From Ignisphaera sp. (GTDB taxonomy: Archaea; Thermoproteota; Thermoprotei_A; Sulfolobales; Ignisphaeraceae), in assembly GCA_038889075.1 (NCBI GenBank), contig JAWAHS010000002.1:76930-140929 (forward strand): a stretch of 64,000 nt of DNA, in the 5' to 3' direction. The notes beneath the pieces were generated by a model that saw only the letters and a list, made by a program, of their open reading frames with translations, had not been told where the DNA came from and did not search any database. The position numbers and the translations under genes were made by a program. The number at the start of each line of letters is the position of its first letter. Position 1 is the first letter of the stretch. This document shows positions 10,126 to 19,274 of this stretch, in pieces.

Positions 10126-11136
10126 ATGAAACCGAAGTTATTTGTGACTAGAGAGCTCTTCCCAGATGTGATAGATAGGCTTAGAAAATATTATGAAGTT
10201 GAGGTTTGGGATAGATACCAGCCACCACCATATGAATTACTCCTTGAAAAGGCCAAAGAGGTCGATGCGCTCGCCTCTCTATTAAGTGATAGAATAGATT
10301 GCAATCTTCTCCGACAGGCTAAAAAACTTAGAATTATTGCGCAGTATGCTGTAGGGTATGACAATATTGATGTCCAGTGTGCAACACATCTGGGAATCTA
10401 TGTAACCAATACCCCTGGTGTTTTGACAGAAGCAACAGCAGAGCTTACATGGGCACTCATACTAGCAGTTGCCAGAAGAATCGTTGAATCGGATCATTTT
10501 GTGAGATGGGGTGAATGGGATAGACTCAAAACTGGATGGCATCCACACATGATGCTAGGAGTCGAACTAAAAGGTAAGGTTCTAGGGATTGTAGGACTTG
10601 GAAGAATAGGGGGCAGGGTTGCTGAAATAGCTGTCAAAGGCTTCAATATGAAGGTTATATATTACGATACCTCTAGGAATGAAAGGGTGGAAAGGGAATT
10701 GGGAGCTGAATACAGGGATCTAGACACACTTTTAGGTGAAGCTGATATTATATCGATACATGTACCTTTAACTAAGGAAACGTTTCACCTAATAAATGAA
10801 GACAGGCTCAGGAAAATGAAAAAGGGAGCTATACTCATAAATACAGCCAGAGGTGCTATAGTAGATACAGATGCTTTGGTAAAGGCCCTTAGAGAGGGCT
10901 GGATAGCAGGTGCCGGGCTAGATGTATTTGAGCAGGAGCCACTACCGCTCAACCACCCACTAACAGCATTTAAAAATGTTGTACTAGTACCACACATAGG
11001 TTCAGCAACATATGAATCACGACATGCGATGGCGGAACTTGTAGCAGAGAATCTTATAGCATTCTATGAGGGTAGAGAACCACCAACACTGGTAAACAGA
11101 GATGTATTAACAATAAGACCACCGGGGTTCCGGTAA
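10126..11136 (+). CDS. gyaR: glyoxylate reductase / D-2-hydroxyacid dehydrogenase
   Basis: YAVGYDNID, GLGRIG, INTARG, GLDVFEQEP, PHIGSAT; N-terminus MKPKLFVTRE typical of archaeal GyaR. Confidence 0.9.
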   Translation: MKPKLFVTRELFPDVIDRLRKYYEVEVWDRYQPPPYELLLEKAKEVDALASLLSDRIDCNLLRQAKKLRIIAQYAVGYDNIDVQCATHLGIYVTNTPGVLTEATAELTWALILAVARRIVESDHFVRWGEWDRLKTGWHPHMMLGVELKGKVLGIVGLGRIGGRVAEIAVKGFNMKVIYYDTSRNERVERELGAEYRDLDTLLGEADIISIHVPLTKETFHLINEDRLRKMKKGAILINTARGAIVDTDALVKALREGWIAGAGLDVFEQEPLPLNHPLTAFKNVVLVPHIGSATYESRHAMAELVAENLIAFYEGREPPTLVNRDVLTIRPPGFR

Positions 11137-11272
11137 ACCTTCTCCAATAATTCCAATCCCAAATAGATTCCGTAATTAAGACAGTACTCCGCAGGATTTC
11201 ATTTATAAAGTATTGTAGCATCATCATGGTAAAGGGTAAAATTTATTTCATCTATTTTTACTATTATAGATT

Positions 11273-12298
11273 TTGGGCATCCCTATGAAATGTGTCAAAT
11301 GCATAGTTGTTGGATTAGGTAGAATAGGTAAAATACATGCAGAGAATCTAAGATATAGAGTTGAAGGAGCAGAACTCGTAGCTGTTGTAGATATCGTAGA
11401 GGATGTTGCTAGGGCAGCTGGAGAGGCATTGAAGGTAAGATGGTATACGGATTACTTGAGAGCTCTAGAGGTTGAGAAACCCGACGCTGTAATCATTGCA
11501 ACGCCTACCTATCTACATAGGGAGAATATTACTACTGCAGCTAAATACGGTATTGATATATTTACAGAGAAACCCTTAGCCCCTAATCTAAGCGATGCTA
11601 TGGAGATCTATAGCACGGTTAAAAAATATGGTGTTAAACTTCAGATAGGATTCCAAAGGCGGTTTGACCCCATATATCAAAGAGCTAAGGAATTTATAGA
11701 TGGTGGTGGTATAGGAAAACCTATAGCATTCATAGCTATAGTTAGAGATCCAGAACCTCCACCATCATGGGCTAGGGATCCCAAGGCGAGCGGTGGGATG
11801 TTTGCAGATCAGCTATCGCACGATTTTGATATAGTACGCCATCTATTAAGTGATGAGATTGCTGAAGTTTACGTTGTTGGAGGCAATTATATATATGAAG
11901 ATATGAAGAAGCTTGGGGACCCGGATGCTGCAGTAGTTACATTTCGAACTGAGAAAGGGCTACATGGAGTTATACATGCTACAAGGAGATTTCCATATGG
12001 CTATGAGTTGCGAAATGAGGTATACGGCTCAGATGGTGTGGTGTACATTGGAACAAATAGAGATGAGAACATCGCTTATGCTACAAGGCAGGGCCTGATA
12101 TTTCTAGGAGCACCATTCTTCGAAAAAAGATGGTCAGAAGCTTATTTGCAGGAGCTACGAGCCTTTATACACTCTATACGCAATGGCAAAGAGCCTCCAG
12201 TAACAGTTGTGGATGGAGTAAGAGCAGCTCAGATAGCTGAAGCCTGTTGGCATAGTTATAGAGAGGGAAAACCTATTAGGATACAAACTGTGAGCTAA
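11273..12298 (+). CDS. iolG: myo-inositol 2-dehydrogenase-like Gfo/Idh/MocA oxidoreductase
   Basis: GLGRIGKIH, EKP, GFQRRFD, RDPEPP, SGGMFADQLSHDFD; upstream of iolM/N/O-like genes. Confidence 0.78.
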   Translation: MGIPMKCVKCIVVGLGRIGKIHAENLRYRVEGAELVAVVDIVEDVARAAGEALKVRWYTDYLRALEVEKPDAVIIATPTYLHRENITTAAKYGIDIFTEKPLAPNLSDAMEIYSTVKKYGVKLQIGFQRRFDPIYQRAKEFIDGGGIGKPIAFIAIVRDPEPPPSWARDPKASGGMFADQLSHDFDIVRHLLSDEIAEVYVVGGNYIYEDMKKLGDPDAAVVTFRTEKGLHGVIHATRRFPYGYELRNEVYGSDGVVYIGTNRDENIAYATRQGLIFLGAPFFEKRWSEAYLQELRAFIHSIRNGKEPPVTVVDGVRAAQIAEACWHSYREGKPIRIQTVS

Positions 12299-12441
12299 AC
12301 TCATCTAAATCAATTCTAAACTATGGTAGCTAAACCATTTCACTGCAATTGCTATTCAATGTAGTTTAGCATATGTTTGTCTGTATTTTAGGCAATGCTT
12401 TCAGTTACAAAAAGACTTAAATATCTCTCTATAATCGCAAT

Positions 12442-13638
12442 ATGCGGGAAGACAATATGGTTAGAGGAAGAATGTTAGCAGCTATTCTATATGGTGAATG
12501 GATTCCTAGAGCTGGATATACTCCATCAACTTTTGAGGAGCGCACGAGAAAGGCCTTGCATGGAAGTAGAGTATGGAGAAACCCAGTATTAAAACTCGAG
12601 GATACAAAGATACCAGAGGTAGGTTCCAACCAGATCCTAGTGAAAGTGAAATCGTGTGGTATATGTGGTAGCGATGTTCATATGTATGAAAAAGATGAGG
12701 AGGGTTACATGTTATACCCTGGTATGGTTAGACTACCTGTTGTTATAGGCCACGAGCTTTCTGGTGTGGTTGAAGAGGTTGGTACTGGGGTTACAGATTT
12801 TAAGCCCGGAGATGCTGTTACACTTGTTGAGATGTGGTATTGTGGTGAATGTATAAGTTGTAGAAGGGGATATTTTGACCACTGCATCAATTTGGAGGAA
12901 ATGGGATTTACAAAGGATGGAGGATTTGCTGAGTATATTCTTGCAGATGCAAAGTATGCTTGGAGAATTGATGCGTTTAGAGAAGTTTATAGTAATGATG
13001 AGAAGGTTTTTGAAGCAGGAGCCCTTGTAGAACCCTTTAGTGTAGCCTACAAAGCTATATTTATTAGAGCGGGTGGATTTCTACCAGGAAGTTATGTTAT
13101 TGTATATGGTGCTGGACCCATAGGGTTGGCAGCAGTAATGTTGTCAAAGGCGGCTGGTGCAGGTAAAGTTGTAGTATTCGAAACGATTCAGGAAAGAATT
13201 GAATTGGCAAAATCAGTTGGAGCAGACCATGTATTTAATCCCATAGAGCTTGAAAGAAAAGGTACTTCAATACATGAAAAGATCATGGATGTAACAGGTG
13301 GTCAAGGTGCTGATCTGCAGGTAGAGGCAGCCGGATATCCTCCTTTAATTAGAGAGATGCAAAAAAGTATATCTATAGGAGGTAAGATAACATGGATAGG
13401 TAGAGCAGATAGGGAAGCACCTACATGGTTCGAATACTTCCAGATAAGGAGTGCGCAAATATATGGTTCTCAGGGACATGTCGATTACGCGCCATTTATG
13501 TGGGTGATAAGACTCATAGCTTCTGGAAGAATAGATCCAACAAAAATTATTACAGCTAGGTATAAACTATCAAATGTTATTGAAGCTATGGAGAGAGCAA
13601 AGCTTAGAAAGGATGCAAAAATTCACATAAAGCCGTAG
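12442..13638 (+). CDS. iolM: scyllo-inosose 3-dehydrogenase (Zn-dependent medium-chain dehydrogenase)
   Basis: CGICGSD, GHE, structural Zn CGECISC...C, GAGPIG; N-terminal extension (VWRNP) and YPG...LPVVIGHE as I recall for Thermotoga IolM; synteny. Confidence 0.8.
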   Translation: MREDNMVRGRMLAAILYGEWIPRAGYTPSTFEERTRKALHGSRVWRNPVLKLEDTKIPEVGSNQILVKVKSCGICGSDVHMYEKDEEGYMLYPGMVRLPVVIGHELSGVVEEVGTGVTDFKPGDAVTLVEMWYCGECISCRRGYFDHCINLEEMGFTKDGGFAEYILADAKYAWRIDAFREVYSNDEKVFEAGALVEPFSVAYKAIFIRAGGFLPGSYVIVYGAGPIGLAAVMLSKAAGAGKVVVFETIQERIELAKSVGADHVFNPIELERKGTSIHEKIMDVTGGQGADLQVEAAGYPPLIREMQKSISIGGKITWIGRADREAPTWFEYFQIRSAQIYGSQGHVDYAPFMWVIRLIASGRIDPTKIITARYKLSNVIEAMERAKLRKDAKIHIKP

Positions 13639-13658
13639 ATCCTTTATGGTGAATCTAT

Positions 13659-14615
13659 ATGACATCCTTAAGTGAAAGATGGGGAAAGCCCATATTAAAT
13701 AAATGGGGGAAGAAGATATATCTCGATCAGATGACTATGAAGGAACTTGAAGAGAGGGTTAAGGAAAACGATATTATATTCCTACCTATAGGTTCAACAG
13801 AAGCTCATGGACCTTTTGCACCACTTGGTGAGGATACACTAATAGGTGTAAGCATAGCTGAAAAGGTATGCTATGAATGTGGGTGCACGGTTGCCCTACC
13901 AATAGCTTACGGTAGCCATCCAAGCCACCATTACGGTTTAAGGGGAACCATACCCGTAAGGGCAACTACATTGATAGAGTATGTGGCAGATGTGATTAAA
14001 TGGCTCTCTAATGCAGGGTTCAAGAAGATAATTGTTTGGAATAGCCATGGTCAAGAGTATGTTCTTCCAATAGCAAAAGATATAGCCATAGTAGAGAAGC
14101 AGGTACATGCCTTAATACTGGTTACGAGTTGGTGGGCATGGATACAGGATGTTCTTAGAAAGGCGGGAACAGGTGAAGAAATAGCACCAGGTATAAGGAT
14201 AGAAACACCGTTTATCCATGCAGATGAAGTTGAGTCTAGTGTAACCCTATACGTTGTACCTGAACTTGTAGATGTTGATATAATGAAAAAAGAAGGTGAA
14301 TGGGGTGTGAAGAGACCTCTACCAAAGGAATATGTCAATACGGCAGGTAATGTATTCCCAGATAAACCATTTGGATGGTATGATGTCAGTGCACTTCCAG
14401 AGCTGTACTACTATCCAAAGGGATTTGTTGGATGGCCAAAGTATGCAGATTATGAAAAAGGGAAGGTACTGGTAGATAAGGTGGTGGAAAGAGTAACAGC
14501 ATTTATAAATAGGTTGAAGGAGCTTTACCCACCAGGTGTAATACCAAGGACGTGGATAGACTATGAGGACATGAACTTTGACAAACCTAAAGAATATGCT
14601 GAGCCGAGGGGATAG
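13659..14615 (+). CDS. iolN: 3-dehydro-scyllo-inosose hydrolase (creatininase family)
   Basis: LPIGSTEAHG, GED, NSHGQE, PFIHADEVE metal motifs; directly follows iolM. Confidence 0.8.
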   Translation: MTSLSERWGKPILNKWGKKIYLDQMTMKELEERVKENDIIFLPIGSTEAHGPFAPLGEDTLIGVSIAEKVCYECGCTVALPIAYGSHPSHHYGLRGTIPVRATTLIEYVADVIKWLSNAGFKKIIVWNSHGQEYVLPIAKDIAIVEKQVHALILVTSWWAWIQDVLRKAGTGEEIAPGIRIETPFIHADEVESSVTLYVVPELVDVDIMKKEGEWGVKRPLPKEYVNTAGNVFPDKPFGWYDVSALPELYYYPKGFVGWPKYADYEKGKVLVDKVVERVTAFINRLKELYPPGVIPRTWIDYEDMNFDKPKEYAEPRG

Positions 14616-14662
14616 CAAATCTTTAAGACACAAATACAATAATAATTTCGGGTTTTAAAAGA

Positions 14663-15493
14663 ATGAAATTTTCTGCTGTATATGTTCTAGAGGAGGAGAT
14701 ACCGTTTAAAATAGGTATTCAGGCACCTATACAAGAGGTTTTAACTTTTTTAACAACACGTAGCTACAATGGTGTGGAATTACATATACCAAACCCATTT
14801 AATGTAAATATTGATACTCTAAAGAGAAATCTAAATGAATATGGACTAGAGGTTTCTGCAATATCTACTGGGCTATCATATGTGAAATACGGCTACAGCC
14901 TATCTAGTGAGAACGAAGATAATAGATTGAAGGCTATAGCATTCTTTAAAAAGTACATAGAGGTGGCATACCTTTTAGATAGCAAGGTTGTTGTCGTAGG
15001 AACGGCTAGAGGGAAATGTAGTATAGACTGCAGGGCTGCAAAGACAAGACTTACGGAGTCATTAAGCTTACTAGGATCTTATAGTAGAGATTTCGGTGTA
15101 TGGCTGGTTTTGGAGCCAATGAATAGAAGGGAAACTGATCTAATAAATAGGATTGGCGAGGCTATGGAGGTTATTCAACAAGTGGATAATGTTTATCTGC
15201 TCCTGGACACCTACCATATATTGCTTGAGGAAGGCAATGTCTATGAAATTTTTCAAAAATATGGAGGATATGCTAAGCATATCCATGTAGCAGATACCCA
15301 TAGGCTTCCACCAGGGTTAGGAGAACTGGATTGGAGTAAGATACTCAAAATTCTAGACAGCATTGGGTATGGCAATTACGTAAGTGTGGAAGCTCTAATG
15401 GAACCTGACTATGTTACAGCATTAGAAGTTGCTATAAAGACCCTTAGAACAAGCTTAAAGGGACATCACAGCTCCGCATCCACAAATCGGTGA
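14663..15493 (+). CDS. iolO: sugar-phosphate isomerase/epimerase TIM barrel, 5-keto-L-gluconate epimerase-like
   Basis: LEPMNRRE, LLDTYH, HIHVAD, PPGLGELDW, SVE metal ligands; last gene of the iol cluster. Confidence 0.68.
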   Translation: MKFSAVYVLEEEIPFKIGIQAPIQEVLTFLTTRSYNGVELHIPNPFNVNIDTLKRNLNEYGLEVSAISTGLSYVKYGYSLSSENEDNRLKAIAFFKKYIEVAYLLDSKVVVVGTARGKCSIDCRAAKTRLTESLSLLGSYSRDFGVWLVLEPMNRRETDLINRIGEAMEVIQQVDNVYLLLDTYHILLEEGNVYEIFQKYGGYAKHIHVADTHRLPPGLGELDWSKILKILDSIGYGNYVSVEALMEPDYVTALEVAIKTLRTSLKGHHSSASTNR

Positions 15494-15655
15494 ACAATAA
15501 ATGATGTAGATGGATTAAGTTGAATTAATAGATTTTTAAATAAATTGTACGCTAGAAAAACAGTGCCTAAAATTATTTTAATCGAAATTGAATTCCTATA
15601 CATTGCCACTCCAGTGGGTAGCAACGGGGCCTGCAGTAGATTGAATGTCTGCAAT

Positions 15656-16627
15656 TTAGAGCTTGACATGTCTTTCTAAAATAAGAGATGCAACCTCATT
15701 ATATGATCTAGGACCTTCCATAGGACCCCTTCTACTAACCTTGATTGCCGCGGCGGCATTTGCGAAAATAAGAGTTTTTTCTAGATTCCAATTATTTAGA
15801 TAGCCGTAGATGAAAGCTGCGTTAAATACATCTCCAGCACCTGTAGGGTCTACCTCACTAATGGGAAATGCGGAGGCTTCGATGATAACACCATCTCTTG
15901 TTAGCGTCGTTGACCCTTTTCTTCCTCTCTTAATAGCGATGAGCTTGGGTCCTAAATCAACTATTCTATAAGCAGCTTTCCTGACATCAGTAATGCCTGT
16001 AATTAATGCAAGTTCATCTTCGCTGATAAGTATAGCATCGCTGTTTTTGATTATGGGGTACAGCATCTCTCTGATTTCTTCAATAGATGCAAGTTCGACT
16101 CTAATATTAGGGTCGAGAAAGACCGTTATATTGTTGGCCTTGGCTATATCTATAGCTTTTTCGCACGCTCCTTTAGCGGAATTGCTTATGTATAGGGTTG
16201 ACCCAGAAATGTGGAGAAGCCTAGCCTTTGATACATATTCTGGATCGATGTGTTCTGGTGAAAGTTTTGCAGAAGCAGAATACTTTAAATTAAATACGAA
16301 TCTTCTACTGCCATCAGATCTATATGCTACAAAAGCCATACCAGTTACAGAATTTCTATCAACTCTAATTCTCGAAATATCAACACCATCGGATCTCAAT
16401 CTCTCTATAACCATTTGTCCAAAGTCATCATCGCCTACAATACCTATAAAGCCTGTTCTTAGACCCAGACGAGCACAAGTATCAATGGTTATTGCAGGTG
16501 CACCGCTAGGGTAAGGTCCGACATAGTCCCCAGGTACTGTGTGCATAACATCCTGTTCTTTTCGGACGAACTCTACAAGTAATTCGCCAAGAGATACTAC
16601 GTCAAAGTGGAGGGACATGTAAGCCAC
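15656..16627 (-). CDS. PfkB-family sugar kinase, tagatose-kinase-like
   Basis: DPTGAGD signature, DPNIR; N-terminal GELLVE...GPYPSGAPAI resembles tagatose kinases; next to GatZ-like gene. Confidence 0.85.
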   Translation of the reverse strand: MAYMSLHFDVVSLGELLVEFVRKEQDVMHTVPGDYVGPYPSGAPAITIDTCARLGLRTGFIGIVGDDDFGQMVIERLRSDGVDISRIRVDRNSVTGMAFVAYRSDGSRRFVFNLKYSASAKLSPEHIDPEYVSKARLLHISGSTLYISNSAKGACEKAIDIAKANNITVFLDPNIRVELASIEEIREMLYPIIKNSDAILISEDELALITGITDVRKAAYRIVDLGPKLIAIKRGRKGSTTLTRDGVIIEASAFPISEVDPTGAGDVFNAAFIYGYLNNWNLEKTLIFANAAAAIKVSRRGPMEGPRSYNEVASLILERHVKL

Positions 16628-16738
16628 CTAAAGGTTGTATTTATAGAGGAGATTTAAAATCAGTTATGGTAAAACACGCATGTATTTCCTCTACCGTTAA
16701 AGTTAGAGGGTAACTTTAGAGGGATGTACAAACTAGGA

Positions 16739-17959
16739 TCACGATCTGTATATGGTGTTGAATTCCTTAAATATGTTTACCAAGTTTTCAAGATTTAGCT
16801 GTATCAGATACCTCCTTACGGTATATTCTATTGATTCAATACATTTTCTAAAGAGATCGATACCTATTTCACGACTTATTAAATTAATAGTATCTCTAAT
16901 TGAATTATTCGACCATATATATCTAGAGGCCAATCCAACTTTGTATTCCTCAATTTCTCCACTATTTGCAAAATATCTACCGAGCTTATCGCTGGAGATT
17001 ATATTTCTTTCAATGTTTTCTTTAAATATTTTTAAAAGCGACTCTCTACCACTGGATGTAATAACCTCCTTAATAGTGGTATATTGTATGTGTGCAAACA
17101 TAGGGCCAATATTGATGCCTCCAATACCATTTCTCGGCAACTCATCTAGGTTCTCCAAATAATCGCCTGAGTGAATCTTTAGGTAAATGCTGTAATCCTT
17201 TAGTGTATCGACAAATTTCAAAGCCAGCGGAGTGTTCATTATATTACCAGGTCTGACCCTTGTACCAACATCAGCTACGGCAAAGGTTATTTTAGATACA
17301 TCTATTTTTCTAGACTTAAGCATACCTACGGCTAATGATAGAAATTTCCTAAAGTCCTCCACCTTATCCATGTTCCATCTATCACTACCTATCTCATATT
17401 CCATTATATCAATACCCCTGCTCTTAGCAACATCTTCAGCAAAACTAATCAATTCAACTGTTCTTTTAGCTGCTGTATCAATGTTTGCAAACCCTGCAGG
17501 GCTCTCTCTATCTAATGAAGTATCTATATGGAGAATACGAAATCCGGCATCAATAAAACCTTCAATAGATCTTATAACATTTTCTAAAGCTGTCTGATAA
17601 TCGTAGTGACTAATGATATGCTCATCCTTTAACCAGGGACCACAGTGATCAACTTCAAAAAACACTATGCCATTGAAATTGATAGCTTCAGCTTCTTGAT
17701 GGACAAATTCAACAAACCTCTTAGGGGTCCAGCCAGTATATCCACCATTGATATCAATTTGATTCAGAGATGCAGCAAAGATTATTGGTGCATTAATGCT
17801 CTTTGCAGCCCTTAGCGTAGCTACTACAGTTTCTCTTGAAATTGGTGAGATACATAGAAGTGTGATATTTCTTTTCAATACCTTGCAAGCAGCATCTAGT
17901 AAAGATTTAGCTGACTTCGCTTCCTTGAATGCGAAAGTATTATGGTTAAAGATATCCAT
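16739..17959 (-). CDS. GatZ/KbaZ-like protein (putative tagatose-6-phosphate 4-epimerase)
   Basis: ASLNQIDINGGYTGWTP, DHCGPW, HIDTS, YEIGS, HSGDY, INIGP motifs of the GatZ/KbaZ family. Confidence 0.85.
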   Translation of the reverse strand: MDIFNHNTFAFKEAKSAKSLLDAACKVLKRNITLLCISPISRETVVATLRAAKSINAPIIFAASLNQIDINGGYTGWTPKRFVEFVHQEAEAINFNGIVFFEVDHCGPWLKDEHIISHYDYQTALENVIRSIEGFIDAGFRILHIDTSLDRESPAGFANIDTAAKRTVELISFAEDVAKSRGIDIMEYEIGSDRWNMDKVEDFRKFLSLAVGMLKSRKIDVSKITFAVADVGTRVRPGNIMNTPLALKFVDTLKDYSIYLKIHSGDYLENLDELPRNGIGGINIGPMFAHIQYTTIKEVITSSGRESLLKIFKENIERNIISSDKLGRYFANSGEIEEYKVGLASRYIWSNNSIRDTINLISREIGIDLFRKCIESIEYTVRRYLIQLNLENLVNIFKEFNTIYRS

Positions 17960-18200
17960 ATTACAGACACCTGTGGTCTGATTTTATTAAGGTATTCTAT
18001 CCTATAAGTCGATTAGATAGATTATCTGTTGGAGTGTTATTTTTATGCTATCTAATTGCCCATTAATCGAAAAATTATACTCTCCGTAGAGGAAGTTAGA
18101 AGCTAGGATGGTATCTCAAATTCTATGTAGGCTGTAAAAATTCTTATTATTTTCGATCCATGTCTATTTATAAAAAGTATCGTATTAGAATTAGAATACC

Positions 18201-19274
18201 TTGGGTGTGATTATGAATGGTGCATCTAGAGTTGTTGGTGAAAAAACGCTACAGGATATAATGGAAATACCGAGATCTATAGATGCTATTAGAGAGAACT
18301 TCGATAGCCTAAAGGAGGTTGCCGCATCTATTGTTAATAGAAATTGTAGATGTCTATACCTTACTGGATGCGGATCTTCATATTACTCAGCAATGTTAAT
18401 GTCGATTCCTCTTCAGATTCACCGACCAAAATTAAATGTACGTGTAATACCATCATCAGAAATTTTGATGTACCTAATCAACACACTTTCTGAAGAATGT
18501 TGCATAGTAGCTATTTCTAGATCGGGGGAGACAGCCGAGACTCTTGAGGTTATGAAGAGGGGTAGAGAGAGAGGGACGTATAACGTAATCATAACCATTA
18601 GTGAAAAAAGTGAAAGCATTAAATACGCAGATGAGTACCTCTATATTAATGTTGGGGTTGAGAGAGGCATAGTAATGACAAAAAGCTTCTATTCAATGTC
18701 ACTAGCAGGATTGTTAATTACACTTAGCATGGTCGCAGGGAAAAGTAGTGATATGGATTTAGAGTTAGATAGGCTTAAAGAGCATGCCATTAATACAATT
18801 GAAAAAAGAAGCATAATATTTAGGCTTGCAGAGAATTATATCAACATGGGCATCAATAGATTTATAGTCTTAGGTTCAGGTCCATCATATCCAATAGCAT
18901 TAGAGGCCTCCTTAAAACTAAAAGAGTCTTCATATGTAGCAGCAGAGGCTATGCATGCTCTCGAGTTCAGACACGGCCCCATAGCAACACTTGATAAAAA
19001 CGTGCTTGTAGTTATTATAAACCAGGATGGAAAGAGCTACAGCTATGTCTATAAACTCTATGAAGAACTTAGAAATATAGGTGCTAATGTACTTAGACTA
19101 AGTAATAAAGATTTAGATGAGGATACATTGCCACTAAGTAAAACTAGCTATGAAGAACTCGATGCTCTTTCAGCTATATTGCTATTACAGCTTATTACAT
19201 ATGGCTATACATTAGCATCAGGTCTGGATATTGACAGTCCTAGAAGGTTGGTTAGGGTAGTTACACATTATTAG
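18201..19274 (+). CDS. tandem SIS-domain protein, hexosamine-6-phosphate deaminase (GlmD/AgaS-like)
   Basis: TGCGSS, ISRSGETAET, VMTKSF, LKLKE, EFRHGP, DSPRRLVRVV; no glutaminase domain. Confidence 0.88.
   Translation: MGVIMNGASRVVGEKTLQDIMEIPRSIDAIRENFDSLKEVAASIVNRNCRCLYLTGCGSSYYSAMLMSIPLQIHRPKLNVRVIPSSEILMYLINTLSEECCIVAISRSGETAETLEVMKRGRERGTYNVIITISEKSESIKYADEYLYINVGVERGIVMTKSFYSMSLAGLLITLSMVAGKSSDMDLELDRLKEHAINTIEKRSIIFRLAENYINMGINRFIVLGSGPSYPIALEASLKLKESSYVAAEAMHALEFRHGPIATLDKNVLVVIINQDGKSYSYVYKLYEELRNIGANVLRLSNKDLDEDTLPLSKTSYEELDALSAILLLQLITYGYTLASGLDIDSPRRLVRVVTHY

Noticed and set aside
11150-11170. ATTCCAATCCCAAATAGATTC resembles a crenarchaeal CRISPR repeat
   Set aside because: Single copy, no spacers, no cas genes; no CRISPR array seen in the window
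11182-11228. Minus-strand box-C motif ATGATGA with sRNA-like spacing
   Set aside because: D' and D boxes are degenerate (TTTA, CTGT)
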